Made by a program: the position numbers and the translations under genes. A model generated the notes under the pieces. The model did no database searches, was not told where the DNA came from, and was given only the letters and a program-made list of their open reading frames with translations. A DNA stretch of 64,000 nucleotides from Coprothermobacterota bacterium (GTDB lineage Bacteria; Coprothermobacterota; Coprothermobacteria; Coprothermobacterales; Coprothermobacteraceae). Positions 10,327-23,521 of the stretch are shown in pieces. The stretch spans positions 96,001 through 160,000 of the forward strand of contig JAZIGN010000003.1 in the NCBI GenBank assembly GCA_036679065.1, read 5' to 3'. Numbering within the stretch: position 1 is the stretch's first letter; each line of letters starts with the position of its first letter.

Positions 10327-10445
10327 GTAACTATTTTAGCTGTTCTTGAGGGCGCTTGCGTCAAACAACAAGCATATGAGCTTGAGCAAAACGTTACATG
10401 ACTCGAAACATGGAATCAGCTATCGTTCCTTTTTTCACTTTTTTC

Positions 10446-10586
10446 TGCTATAATGATTTTAGCCATTCTGAGGCGGAGGATTAAAAAATCTGACACCGAG
10501 GAAGGAAGGTAAAAGGCGAAGCAGCATTTTTACAAAGCCTCTTTAACCTCCTTTTCCAGGTGCCAACACAAAAGGAGGTCTTTAAA
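10446..10586 (+). promoter_or_regulatory. Extended -10 promoter (TGCTATAAT) and structured 5' leader of the hyd maturation operon
   Basis: TGCTATAAT at 10446-10454. Anti-SD ACCTCCTTTT (10546-10555) is perfectly complementary to SD AAAAGGAGGT (10570-10579). An alternative long helix can form between 10494-10517 and 10537-10562. Confidence 0.65.
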
Positions 10587-10829
10587 TTGGAAAGATTCTA
10601 CATTGTGAACATCATCGTTAACAACCGTGAGAAAGCCTACAGGCAAGTGAATGAATTACTCCATGATTTTGCTGAGGACATTCGCCTGCGCGTGGGGTAT
10701 CCTTTACCCGAAGAAAACGCGGCTATCATCCTACTGGTGGTGAAAGCAAACAACGATGTATTAGGAAGCCTGACAGGAAAATTGGGCCAGTTGGGAAGCG
10801 TCCAAGTAAAGACTTTACCCCTGAAATAG
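10587..10829 (+). CDS. TM1266-family putative iron-only hydrogenase system regulator
   Basis: Sequence ERFYIVNIIVNNREKAYRQVNELLH...LGSLTGKLGQL..VQVKTLPLK matches the family as I recall it. TTG start lies 7 nt after the SD; gene precedes hydG. Confidence 0.88.
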   Translation: MERFYIVNIIVNNREKAYRQVNELLHDFAEDIRLRVGYPLPEENAAIILLVVKANNDVLGSLTGKLGQLGSVQVKTLPLK

Positions 10830-10846
10830 TTAGGAGCTGAGGCAGC

Positions 10847-12280
10847 ATGGCCAATAATGGTATAAAAATAGCAAACACGCTAAGCGAAAGCGATACTGAA
10901 TGTTTCATTCCGCATCAGGAAATCTTCGATCTGCTGGAAAAAACCCGTAACCCAGACCCAGCCGAGGTCAGAGACATTTTGGCAAAGGCAATGAATAAGG
11001 AACGTCTGCTTCCACGTGAAACAGCCACTCTTCTTAACACAGAAGATCCTGAATTGGTGGAGGAAATATTCCAAACAGCGAAGAAGCTAAAACAACAGGT
11101 TTATGGAAACCGTATCGTGCTCTTTGCTCCTCTTTATGTGGGCAACGAGTGCATCAACGGGTGCCTGTACTGCGGTTTCCGTGTGGAGAACAAGGAACTA
11201 ATTAGAAAAACGCTCACCGACGAAGAGTTGGAGCAGGAACTTTATGCTCTAACCTCCCGTGGGCATAAACGTCTTATTGTGGTATTCGGGGAACATCCCA
11301 TGTATTCACCCGAATACATTGCAGGTGTAATTCGCAAGATCTATGCTTTTAAAAACGGACCTGGAGAAATCAGGCGCCTAAACGTGAATGCAGCACCGCA
11401 AACAGTGGATGGATACAAGATCATAAAGGAGGCAGGCATTGGTACGTTTCAGATTTTTCAAGAAACATACCACCTGCCGACATACAAGAAATTACATCCC
11501 CACGGACCAAAATCCTCTTACACGTACAGGCTCTATGGCTTGGACAGAGCCATGGTAGCAGGGATTGACGATGTAGGCATTGGGGCTTTGTTCGGACTTT
11601 ACAACTGGAAGTTCGAAGTAATGGGGTTAATGTACCATACCCAGCACTTGGAAGAACGATTTGGCGTGGGTCCGCACACAATCTCATTCCCTCGCATGGA
11701 ACCTGCTGTAAATACGCCCATGGCAGAAAACCCTCCTTACAAAGTTAGCGACTATGATTTCAAGCGCCTCATCGCCATAATCAGGCTCTCTGTCCCTTAT
11801 ACCGGCATGATACTCACAGCTCGCGAAAAGCCAGAAATCAGACGCGAAGCTTTGGAGATGGGCGTTTCACAAATAGATGCCGGTTCCAGCATTGGTATTG
11901 GTTCTTATTCAGCAAGCGACCCTGAAGAGGTTAAGAAAAGTCAGTTCTTACTGGGTGACACGCGGCCCTTGGACGAAGTCATATATGAACTGGCATCCCA
12001 CGGCTACATACCTTCTTTTTGCACCTCCTGTTACAGAGCAGGCAGAACCGGTCAGCATTTTATGGAGTTTGCCATACCAGGTTTCGTTAAAAACTTTTGC
12101 ACGCCAAACGCACTATTGACTTTTGAAGAGTACCTCATGGACTACGCTTCGCCAAAAACAAAAGAGATAGGTGAAGCTTTGATTGAACAGGAACTCATGC
12201 AAATGCCTGAAAACAGGCGCAGCATGGTAAAAGGGCTCTTGGAGCGTGTTAAGAACCATGAACACGATGTCCGATTGTGA
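10847..12280 (+). CDS. hydG: [FeFe]-hydrogenase H-cluster radical SAM maturase HydG
   Basis: FAPLY..NECINGCLYC, FQETYH, HTISFPR, and C-terminal PSFCTSCYR...FCTPNA. Confidence 0.96.
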   Translation: MANNGIKIANTLSESDTECFIPHQEIFDLLEKTRNPDPAEVRDILAKAMNKERLLPRETATLLNTEDPELVEEIFQTAKKLKQQVYGNRIVLFAPLYVGNECINGCLYCGFRVENKELIRKTLTDEELEQELYALTSRGHKRLIVVFGEHPMYSPEYIAGVIRKIYAFKNGPGEIRRLNVNAAPQTVDGYKIIKEAGIGTFQIFQETYHLPTYKKLHPHGPKSSYTYRLYGLDRAMVAGIDDVGIGALFGLYNWKFEVMGLMYHTQHLEERFGVGPHTISFPRMEPAVNTPMAENPPYKVSDYDFKRLIAIIRLSVPYTGMILTAREKPEIRREALEMGVSQIDAGSSIGIGSYSASDPEEVKKSQFLLGDTRPLDEVIYELASHGYIPSFCTSCYRAGRTGQHFMEFAIPGFVKNFCTPNALLTFEEYLMDYASPKTKEIGEALIEQELMQMPENRRSMVKGLLERVKNHEHDVRL

Positions 12281-12536
12281 AATGCTCCTGGAACGATTTT
12301 GCCAGCAGTTTCAATGCAAGGCTTGGGTATGCGAAAAAGTTGGGAGAAGGATGTCCTACTTACACCCTTTGAAAGCTGGTGAAGAGCGCTACAGTGAGCC
12401 ATTCATTCTCTGTGAAAACGAGCGCTTTGCACTCTTTGTGCAGTGCGACCAAATAAGCAAGCAAATGAAGGATTGGGGCTGGAAGGTGCTTGACTGTGTA
12501 CGAAGATATTTTGACGAGAATTCTCAACCATCCTGA
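12267..12536 (+). CDS. Small hypothetical protein between hydG and hydE
   Basis: 89-aa ORF overlapping the hydG stop and the hydE start. Contains CEKVGRRMSY and several Cys. Confidence 0.6.
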   Translation: MSDCEMLLERFCQQFQCKAWVCEKVGRRMSYLHPLKAGEERYSEPFILCENERFALFVQCDQISKQMKDWGWKVLDCVRRYFDENSQPS

Positions 12537-13542
12537 CAGCGTCACATTGGAACAGGTAGCTTTCGTCTTGTCAAACGAAGAACTAACACCAAAGCTCTTT
12601 GCAAAAGCTGATGAGGTCCGAAGGAAATACCTGGGAACAGAAGTCTTTCTCAGGGGCATTATAGAATTCTCCAACTACTGCTCCAGCAACTGTCTTTACT
12701 GTGGCATACGAGCACAGAACAAGCATGTACACAGATACCGGATGACCCCCCAAGAAATCGTTGACAGAGCACAAATCATAAGCGCACAAGGTATAAAAAC
12801 CGTAGTGCTTCAATCGGGAGAAGACCCTTTCTACACAAAAGAGACGCTCGGTGACATCATAAGTGCCATTCAATCCCTTGGTTTAACCATTACGTTGAGC
12901 TTAGGGGAAAGATCTTTCGACGAATACAGCTATTGGAAAGCGTTGGGAGCTGATCGTTATCTGATGCGACATGAGACAGCCGATGAAGAGCTTTATGAAA
13001 AACTCCATCCAGGTGACAAATTGGAAAACAGAAAAGCGCACTTACTGGAACTTAAAAGATTAGGTTATGAAGTCGGTGCAGGTTCCATGGTAGGCTTGCC
13101 AGGTCAAGACGACTTTGCTCTGGCAAAAGACATCCTGTTCACATACGAGTTGGATGCCGACATGATTGGCATTGGTCCGTTCATTCCACACCCTGATACA
13201 CCTCTTAGAGATGCGCCGCAAGGGACACTGGAAAAAACATTGAAAATGGTAGCGCTGACCAGACTCTTCCTGCCTGATGCTAACATACCAGCCACCACAG
13301 CTTTGGGCAGTATCCACCCACAAGGCAGGCAAATGGCACTAAAGTGTGGAGCGAATGTTATCATGCCTAACTTCACCCCTTCACCTTACCGAGCAGAGTA
13401 CGTACTTTATCCAAACAAAATATGTGTTATGGAAAACGACGTGGCCTGCGGCGAATGCACAAAAGCCCTCGTAAAATCTGCTGGATACACGGTAAGCTTA
13501 AGCCACGGTTACCGCAAAAGGAGGATTAAAGAACAGCAATGA
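12490..13542 (+). CDS. hydE: [FeFe]-hydrogenase maturase HydE
   Basis: RGIIEFSNYCSSNCLYC, LQSGED, RHET, GIGPFIPHPDTP, PATTA, GANVIMPN and YxLYPNK. Confidence 0.95.
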   Translation: MTVYEDILTRILNHPDSVTLEQVAFVLSNEELTPKLFAKADEVRRKYLGTEVFLRGIIEFSNYCSSNCLYCGIRAQNKHVHRYRMTPQEIVDRAQIISAQGIKTVVLQSGEDPFYTKETLGDIISAIQSLGLTITLSLGERSFDEYSYWKALGADRYLMRHETADEELYEKLHPGDKLENRKAHLLELKRLGYEVGAGSMVGLPGQDDFALAKDILFTYELDADMIGIGPFIPHPDTPLRDAPQGTLEKTLKMVALTRLFLPDANIPATTALGSIHPQGRQMALKCGANVIMPNFTPSPYRAEYVLYPNKICVMENDVACGECTKALVKSAGYTVSLSHGYRKRRIKEQQ

Positions 13543-14813
13543 CCAGCCTAAACGAAGGACTCATACCCCACACGGCTTTTAGAAAACACATTGCCATTGT
13601 GGGCAGACGTAACGTTGGGAAATCTTCGCTCATCAATGCCATTGCAGGGCAAGATATTGCTCTCGTGAGTGATGTTCCTGGTACCACCACCGACCCAGTT
13701 TACAAGACCCTTGAGGTCAAACCACTGGGTCCAGTAACACTCATTGACACGCCTGGTTTAGACGACGAAGGGCTGCTGGGGCAAAAACGCGTAGAACGGG
13801 CAAAAAGAGCTTTATATAAAGCTGACGCAGCCATACTGGTGGTAGATGACAAGCCTGGGCCTTTCGAAGATTTCATAGTGAGTCTGCTAAGGAACCTGAG
13901 CATTCCTTTTGTCATAGCCGTAAATAAAAGCGATGTAACAGAAGACACAAAGACCCTTGTAAAGGACTATGAACCTTTTAACGTGCCTGTGGTGAAGGTG
14001 GCTGCCGCACAAGGGAAAAACATATCAGAGCTCATTCAAGTACTCAGCTCCCTTTTACCTGATGAAGAAGAAAAGCCTCTTGTAGCACATTTACTAGGTC
14101 AAAATAAAACTGCCGTTCTCGTAATTCCAGTAGATAAAGCTGCACCCAAAGGAAGACTCATCATGCCGCAGGTAGAAGCCATCCGAGACATTATTGACCA
14201 CGGTGGGATTGCCGTGGTAACGCGTCCGCCTGAGCTCAAAGAAACTCTGGAAAAACTGCAGTACAACGTGGACCTAGTGGTCACCGACTCTCAAGTTATC
14301 ATGGACGTGGACAAGGTGGTTCCACCGCAGATTCCATTGACTACCTTTTCCATTCTGGAAGCAGCAAACAAAAGTGATTTAACATTGTTCTTGGAAGGCA
14401 TAAACGCTTTAGAAAAGCTGAATGATGGTGACTGTGTGGCTGTTGTAGAAGCTTGCTCGCACGTTCCCACATGCGACGACATAGGCAGAGTAAAAATACC
14501 TAGGTGGATTGAAGAAAAGTTGCATATAAAGCTGCAATACAAATTTTTCGCTGGTAAGGAGTTTCCTGAAGCAAGTAGCTTACAAGGTTGCAAGCTCATC
14601 ATTCATTGTGGTGGATGCGTGCTCACCAGGAATATGTTCATGAGACGCATGCAACTAGCTAAACGTTTAGACCTACCAGTAGTGAATTACGGTATGCTCA
14701 TTTCCTATCTGCATGGGTCATTGGAGAAAGCCATAAAACCGCTTTTAGCCTTTAGTTATCCGCCCGCGACAGGCGGAAACACAGCTACTTTACCAGGCTC
14801 TAGTGGCGTATGA
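13539..14813 (+). CDS. hydF: [FeFe]-hydrogenase maturation GTPase HydF
   Basis: GRRNVGKS, GTTTDPV, DTPG, NKSD, APKGRLIMPQ, CSH...DDIGRVKIP and HCGGC. Confidence 0.96.
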   Translation: MTSLNEGLIPHTAFRKHIAIVGRRNVGKSSLINAIAGQDIALVSDVPGTTTDPVYKTLEVKPLGPVTLIDTPGLDDEGLLGQKRVERAKRALYKADAAILVVDDKPGPFEDFIVSLLRNLSIPFVIAVNKSDVTEDTKTLVKDYEPFNVPVVKVAAAQGKNISELIQVLSSLLPDEEEKPLVAHLLGQNKTAVLVIPVDKAAPKGRLIMPQVEAIRDIIDHGGIAVVTRPPELKETLEKLQYNVDLVVTDSQVIMDVDKVVPPQIPLTTFSILEAANKSDLTLFLEGINALEKLNDGDCVAVVEACSHVPTCDDIGRVKIPRWIEEKLHIKLQYKFFAGKEFPEASSLQGCKLIIHCGGCVLTRNMFMRRMQLAKRLDLPVVNYGMLISYLHGSLEKAIKPLLAFSYPPATGGNTATLPGSSGV

Positions 14814-15034
14814 ATGCCATTCAAATGAAGAATGTTCTTACCGTTCAAAAGCAGAACTGTTCCGGGGATAACTTCGTCTCCCCGGAACAGTTCTTCACTT
14901 ACAGGTTGACCCGTTATTCTATCCAATTCTCGCATTAAGTCTTTAACAGTGGACCCCTCTGGCATGTCCACTTCGTATGTAGGCTTCGGTAGTTTTAGCC
15001 TGAGCGTTGCAAAAAACTCTACTTCGAGCTTCAT
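14756..15034 (-). CDS. MoaD/ThiS-family sulfur carrier
   Basis: N-terminal FFATLR and C-terminal FPPVAGG; directly downstream of aor. Confidence 0.92.
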   Translation of the reverse strand: MKLEVEFFATLRLKLPKPTYEVDMPEGSTVKDLMRELDRITGQPVSEELFRGDEVIPGTVLLLNGKNILHLNGIHTPLEPGKVAVFPPVAGG

Positions 15035-15035
15035 C

Positions 15036-16835
15036 CTACTCCAGACCAAGCTCGCTTAGTTTCTCCGGCGTGGGAACGCCATCTTCATTCCAGCCACGCG
15101 CTTGGTAATAAAGTGGTAGCAGTTCAGACAGGTGATGCACAGCTCCTTTATTGGGTCCTTCTGCCACAGGCTGCTCAAGAAGCCGTTTCGGTAGTGTATC
15201 GTCAGCTTTGGTAAATCCGGCCTTCAAGTTAAACAAACGCTCTAAGTTCCAAACCCGTTCGCCAACTTTCATTAGTTCTTCTGTGGTGTAGTTAAAACCC
15301 GTATCAGCATTTACAAGGTCCCTGTAATCATCAGCTGTAAGCGCAAATGAGGTAAACAGACACAATCCCGCAGAATCAATGACCGCAGTCAAATCTTGGA
15401 AGGTCTTTACCCATTCTGGCTTGCCGTTGAGCTCCTGAGGATCCAACTTTTCAGGAATACCCAAAACTTCGGGAGAGATCATGTAACCTCTGACGTGGCA
15501 TCCACCACGGTTACTGGTAGCGTACTGAAGACCGTGTCCTTGAACACCTCTTGGATCGTAAGCAGGTAGTTCCTGTCCCTTTACGTGCATAGCAAATTCA
15601 GGATGTCCGTACATTTCTGAAAGTCGTTTGCTACCCTCAGCCAGCTTGTCCCCTAGCCCTTCCCTAAAAGCTATGGCTTTTGTATAGTACACAATGGCTT
15701 CAGAGCTACCGAATATGGGCTCAGGCCCTTTGTTAAGGTCTTCTTTGGGCAGATAACCTTTCTCATAAAGCTCCATGGCACAGGCAATGGTAGAACCAGC
15801 AGATATGGGATCAATGCCGTACTTATTGCAAAGATGATTTGCCTCACAGATGGCGATCAGATCATCAACACCGCAATCTGCACCATAGGCCCAGCCTGCT
15901 TCATATTCAGGTCCTTCAGAGTCAATACCGTTTGGCAGAGTTATGACACGACCGCAACCGATGGGGCAGGCGAAGCATGCCGTATTCTTTTTCAGGTACT
16001 TCTTTTCCACCAAAGCTTCTCCAGACACTTCATGAGTTCTCTCAAAAACCGATTCCTGGAAATTTCTTGTGGGGTATGCACCTGATTGGTTGATAATGTT
16101 GTCAAGTACTTTAGTACCCAGTGCTGGTAAACCTTCTCCAGTTACGGGATTTTGTTTTATGATATTGATTTTTTGTCTTACTACCTCCATAAAATCAGGG
16201 CTACTTGGTTTTGGCCTTCCACTGCCTCTTACCACAATGGCTTTTAGGTTCTTGCTTCCCATGACAGCCCCAACGCCTGTTCTACCAGCAGCACGGTGCT
16301 TATCGTTCATAACACCCGCAAATTTAACCAAGTTTTCACCGGCAGGGCCAATGCATGAAACGCGAGCTTTACCATCACCAAACTCATTTGCCAGTATGTC
16401 TGTGGTCTCAAATACATCCTTGCCCCACAACTGTGTTGCATCCTTAAGTTGAACCTCTTCATCATGTATGGAAAGGTAAACTGGCTTATCAGATTTACCT
16501 TCAAATATGACCATGTCGTAGCCTGCAAACTTCAACTCAGCTCCGAAGAAACCCCCAGAGTTGCTGCTAGCTATGGTACCAGTAAGTGGCCCCTTAGTAA
16601 TAACCATATAACGTCCGCCTGTGGGAGCATTTGTCCCAGTGAGTGGACCTGCAGCAAAAATGATCTTATTTTCTGGAGAAAGTGGATCTGCCTTGGGGTC
16701 AATTTCATCGTAAAGTATCTTGCTTGCCAAACCTCTGCCCCCAAGAAACATGCGCGATAAAGCGAAGTCCAGTTGCTCGGTTTTTATTTCCCCTGTGCTC
16801 AGGTTAACCCTGAGTAGCTTCCCAGCATAACCCAT
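15036..16835 (-). CDS. aor: Tungsten-containing aldehyde:ferredoxin oxidoreductase
   Basis: Motifs [56 protein letters not shown] and DSAGLC. Confidence 0.96.
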   Translation of the reverse strand: MGYAGKLLRVNLSTGEIKTEQLDFALSRMFLGGRGLASKILYDEIDPKADPLSPENKIIFAAGPLTGTNAPTGGRYMVITKGPLTGTIASSNSGGFFGAELKFAGYDMVIFEGKSDKPVYLSIHDEEVQLKDATQLWGKDVFETTDILANEFGDGKARVSCIGPAGENLVKFAGVMNDKHRAAGRTGVGAVMGSKNLKAIVVRGSGRPKPSSPDFMEVVRQKINIIKQNPVTGEGLPALGTKVLDNIINQSGAYPTRNFQESVFERTHEVSGEALVEKKYLKKNTACFACPIGCGRVITLPNGIDSEGPEYEAGWAYGADCGVDDLIAICEANHLCNKYGIDPISAGSTIACAMELYEKGYLPKEDLNKGPEPIFGSSEAIVYYTKAIAFREGLGDKLAEGSKRLSEMYGHPEFAMHVKGQELPAYDPRGVQGHGLQYATSNRGGCHVRGYMISPEVLGIPEKLDPQELNGKPEWVKTFQDLTAVIDSAGLCLFTSFALTADDYRDLVNADTGFNYTTEELMKVGERVWNLERLFNLKAGFTKADDTLPKRLLEQPVAEGPNKGAVHHLSELLPLYYQARGWNEDGVPTPEKLSELGLE

Positions 16836-16860
16836 TTAGCTTCACCTCCGCCAAAGTCTG

Positions 16861-16970
16861 GCGCCCCTTTGCGAAGGTGGCAGGCGGAGCCGTTTCCAGC
16901 TTCACCCATCGGTCTGACGCCCTTGCCTTCCAATCCTACGAACGGCTTTAGGCACACAGACTCGGAACGC
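16861..16970 (-). ncRNA. Moco/Wco (molybdenum/tungsten cofactor) riboswitch
   Basis: Minus strand reads GCGTTCCGAG..CCTAA.., a GCTG-GAAA-CGGC tetraloop stem, CCTGCC, CCTTCGCAAAGG, and closes with GGGGCGC. It sits between a TGGTAAAAT -10 box and the aor SD. Confidence 0.8.
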
Positions 16971-17049
16971 CTTTGCATCATTTTACCATAAAAGTTACAT
17001 AAATATGACTAGTCCGAGCCACTGTTATTTTGAATGCTATACTTTTAAT

Positions 17050-18792
17050 ATGTCTATGCTTTCAAATGCTGAGCTTTATAGCGTGGAGAAACCTTCACGA
17101 TATCTTGGTGGAGAATTTAACAGCATTGTTAAAGATTGGGAAAAGACACTTTACAAGGTGGCTTTACTTTATCCTGATCTTTATGAAGTAGGCATGTCAT
17201 ATCATGGGATGCAGCTCTTTTATTTCCTCATAAACCAAGAAGAGGATTTGTTGGCTGAGCGCGTGTTTACACCAGCAATAGACACCATAAAACTACTAAG
17301 AGAAAAGAACTTACCTTTGTGGTCCTTGGAGAACAAAAGACCACTATATGAGTTTGACGTAATTGCTGTGCATTTTCTCACAGAACTGGGAGCTACAAAC
17401 GTATTGGAAACCCTTTCTTTGGGACAAGTTCCCCTTATGTCATCGGAACGTACAAATAATGATCCCTATGTCATAGCTGGTGGACCTGCCATAAGCAACC
17501 CGTCTTTCTTTGAACCATTCTTGGATGCAGTTTTCATAGGCGAAGCCGATGATGTCATTGATGAATTAGTAAGATTCTTAGCAAAGGCTAAGCAGCAATG
17601 TGCCGATAGAAGAGAAACGTTGTCTGAGCTCGCCAAAGTTTTTCCTGGCATCTATGTACCAGCGCTTAGAAACACCGCTAAGGAGCATCACGTAATTAGA
17701 GAGAGCATTTTCTACCCAACAAAGTTCATAGTTCCTAATGTGGAAGCTGTGCAGGAACGTGCAGTAGTGGAGTTAGCCCGTGGGTGTACTCGCGGTTGCC
17801 ATTTCTGTCATGCCAGCTCCTACTACAGACCCGTAAGGGAGACTCCACCCCATGAAGTAGTGGAGCTTGTTAAAAGCATAAAACAAACAACGGGCTTTAC
17901 TGAGGTAGGCCTACTGTCACTGTCCACCTTTGATTACTCCAAACTAAGCGAAGTGGTAGACCTTTTATCTGGTGAACATTTGAGCATGAGCCTACCTTCG
18001 TTAAGGCTTGATTCTTTGGATACAGACCTTCTTAAAAAAGTGGATCCAACTAGACATCTGACCCTGACTTTCGCACCAGAAGCCGGCTCTGACCAGCTTA
18101 GGAAAAAACTAAACAAACCATTTAGCAATGAAGAAATCCTTCAAGCCGTGGATCTTCTTTCTAAAAGCGGGTGGAGCAAGTTCAAGTTTTATTTCATGGT
18201 CGGTCTACCTGAAGAAACCGAAAAAGATGTGCTCGACATTGTGTCACTGCTTAATGAAGCTGACACCATTGCCTTCAAGAACAATAGGAGAAGCCGCATA
18301 CATGCCACAGTGGCTTCCTTTGTTCCTAAACCCTTTACACCGTTCCAGTGGGAACGTCAAATATCACCTGAAGAAACGCTCGAGAAATATACCCTTATTC
18401 AGAAACACTTGAAGAAACAGATTGATGTTTCGTTCAGGAACCCGTGGTTTTCACTCCTTGAAGGAGTGCTCTCCAGAAGCGACTCAAAAGTGGCTGATTT
18501 GGTGCTTTTAGCATGGAAAGAAGGAGCCATATTCGATACTTCTGAGCAGTACGGTCAGCATTTCCTTTGGCAGTCAGCATGGGAAAAGCTGGGCATGGAT
18601 CCCATGGAGTACTTAAGAGCCAGAGATATAGAAGAACCTCTGCCTTGGGATCACATAAAGGTTGGACCATCTAAGGATTTTCTTTTGCTCCAAAGAGAAA
18701 AAAGTAGAAAGGGACTCCTAACTCCTGACTGCCGCATGAGTTGTTTGGGATGCGGAGTTTGTGGTGGTGATTTATGGCCCACGCTGGCTTGA
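17050..18792 (+). CDS. TIGR03960-family B12-binding-like radical SAM protein
   Basis: VEKPSRYLGGE, YPDLYEVGMS, RGCTRGCHFC, LPSLR, TFAPEAGS, FVPKPFTPFQW and terminal DCRMSCLGCGVC. Confidence 0.9.
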   Translation: MSMLSNAELYSVEKPSRYLGGEFNSIVKDWEKTLYKVALLYPDLYEVGMSYHGMQLFYFLINQEEDLLAERVFTPAIDTIKLLREKNLPLWSLENKRPLYEFDVIAVHFLTELGATNVLETLSLGQVPLMSSERTNNDPYVIAGGPAISNPSFFEPFLDAVFIGEADDVIDELVRFLAKAKQQCADRRETLSELAKVFPGIYVPALRNTAKEHHVIRESIFYPTKFIVPNVEAVQERAVVELARGCTRGCHFCHASSYYRPVRETPPHEVVELVKSIKQTTGFTEVGLLSLSTFDYSKLSEVVDLLSGEHLSMSLPSLRLDSLDTDLLKKVDPTRHLTLTFAPEAGSDQLRKKLNKPFSNEEILQAVDLLSKSGWSKFKFYFMVGLPEETEKDVLDIVSLLNEADTIAFKNNRRSRIHATVASFVPKPFTPFQWERQISPEETLEKYTLIQKHLKKQIDVSFRNPWFSLLEGVLSRSDSKVADLVLLAWKEGAIFDTSEQYGQHFLWQSAWEKLGMDPMEYLRARDIEEPLPWDHIKVGPSKDFLLLQREKSRKGLLTPDCRMSCLGCGVCGGDLWPTLA

Positions 18793-19253
18793 CCATATTC
18801 TTTAGAAAGGTGGACGCTAGTGCTTGGCTTTCTTACAAGGACTATGTTCGCCATATCTCCTATGGATTAATACGTGCAAACTTGCCACTCCTTTATACAG
18901 AAGGTTTCCAAGAACGCATCCTTCTGCAAACACCTTCTGCATTACCTTTGGGTGTAAGTTCACTGGGAGAACCCTTTTTCATTCCAACGAAGGAGCCATT
19001 AAAAATCAGAGCAGAGGAGCTGCAGCCATTCTTTTCTTCACACGAGATGCCCGTTCTAGTGCTCAGTTACAAATTGGAACCCTATCTATCAGTTTTTCAA
19101 ACGCCTAAGGGCGTACTTAAGCTTCAACTGGAGAAACAGGGGCTGAAGAAAGTCCTAGATGAACAACAGCTTAAGCCATGGGAAGCAACGAAAGTTGGTA
19201 TTGAAATCATAAGCAGTGGACAAACAATAAATCTGAAGGCCTTAACAGACTAA
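18774..19253 (+). CDS. Radical SAM-linked protein (TIGR03936/DUF2344-like)
   Basis: WLSY.D...RANLPLLYTEGF...SALPLGVSS.GE; overlaps the 3' end of the TIGR03960 gene, as is usual for this pair. Confidence 0.8.
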   Translation: MAHAGLTIFFRKVDASAWLSYKDYVRHISYGLIRANLPLLYTEGFQERILLQTPSALPLGVSSLGEPFFIPTKEPLKIRAEELQPFFSSHEMPVLVLSYKLEPYLSVFQTPKGVLKLQLEKQGLKKVLDEQQLKPWEATKVGIEIISSGQTINLKALTD

Positions 19254-19309
19254 AATACTTTCTTAAAGATTGATGATATATATAGCAGAATTAGAACCAA
19301 AAGAGGTAA

Positions 19310-23387
<4,078 letters not shown>

Positions 23388-23521
23388 AAAATACCTCATC
23401 GTTATTCGCATGTTGTTATAAGTATGCATTCTCTTAAGTATTAGTGGAATATTAAATAGCATTGCAGTGCTTATGGTGTATAATGCTTCATAAGGAATCG
23501 GCATATGCGGAGGTGTGAAGC

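Noticed and set aside
10453..10512. Short ORF MILAILRRRIKKSDTEEGR as a leader peptide of the hyd operon
   Set aside because: Its ATG overlaps the -10 hexamer and so lies upstream of the predicted transcription start; it also has no SD.
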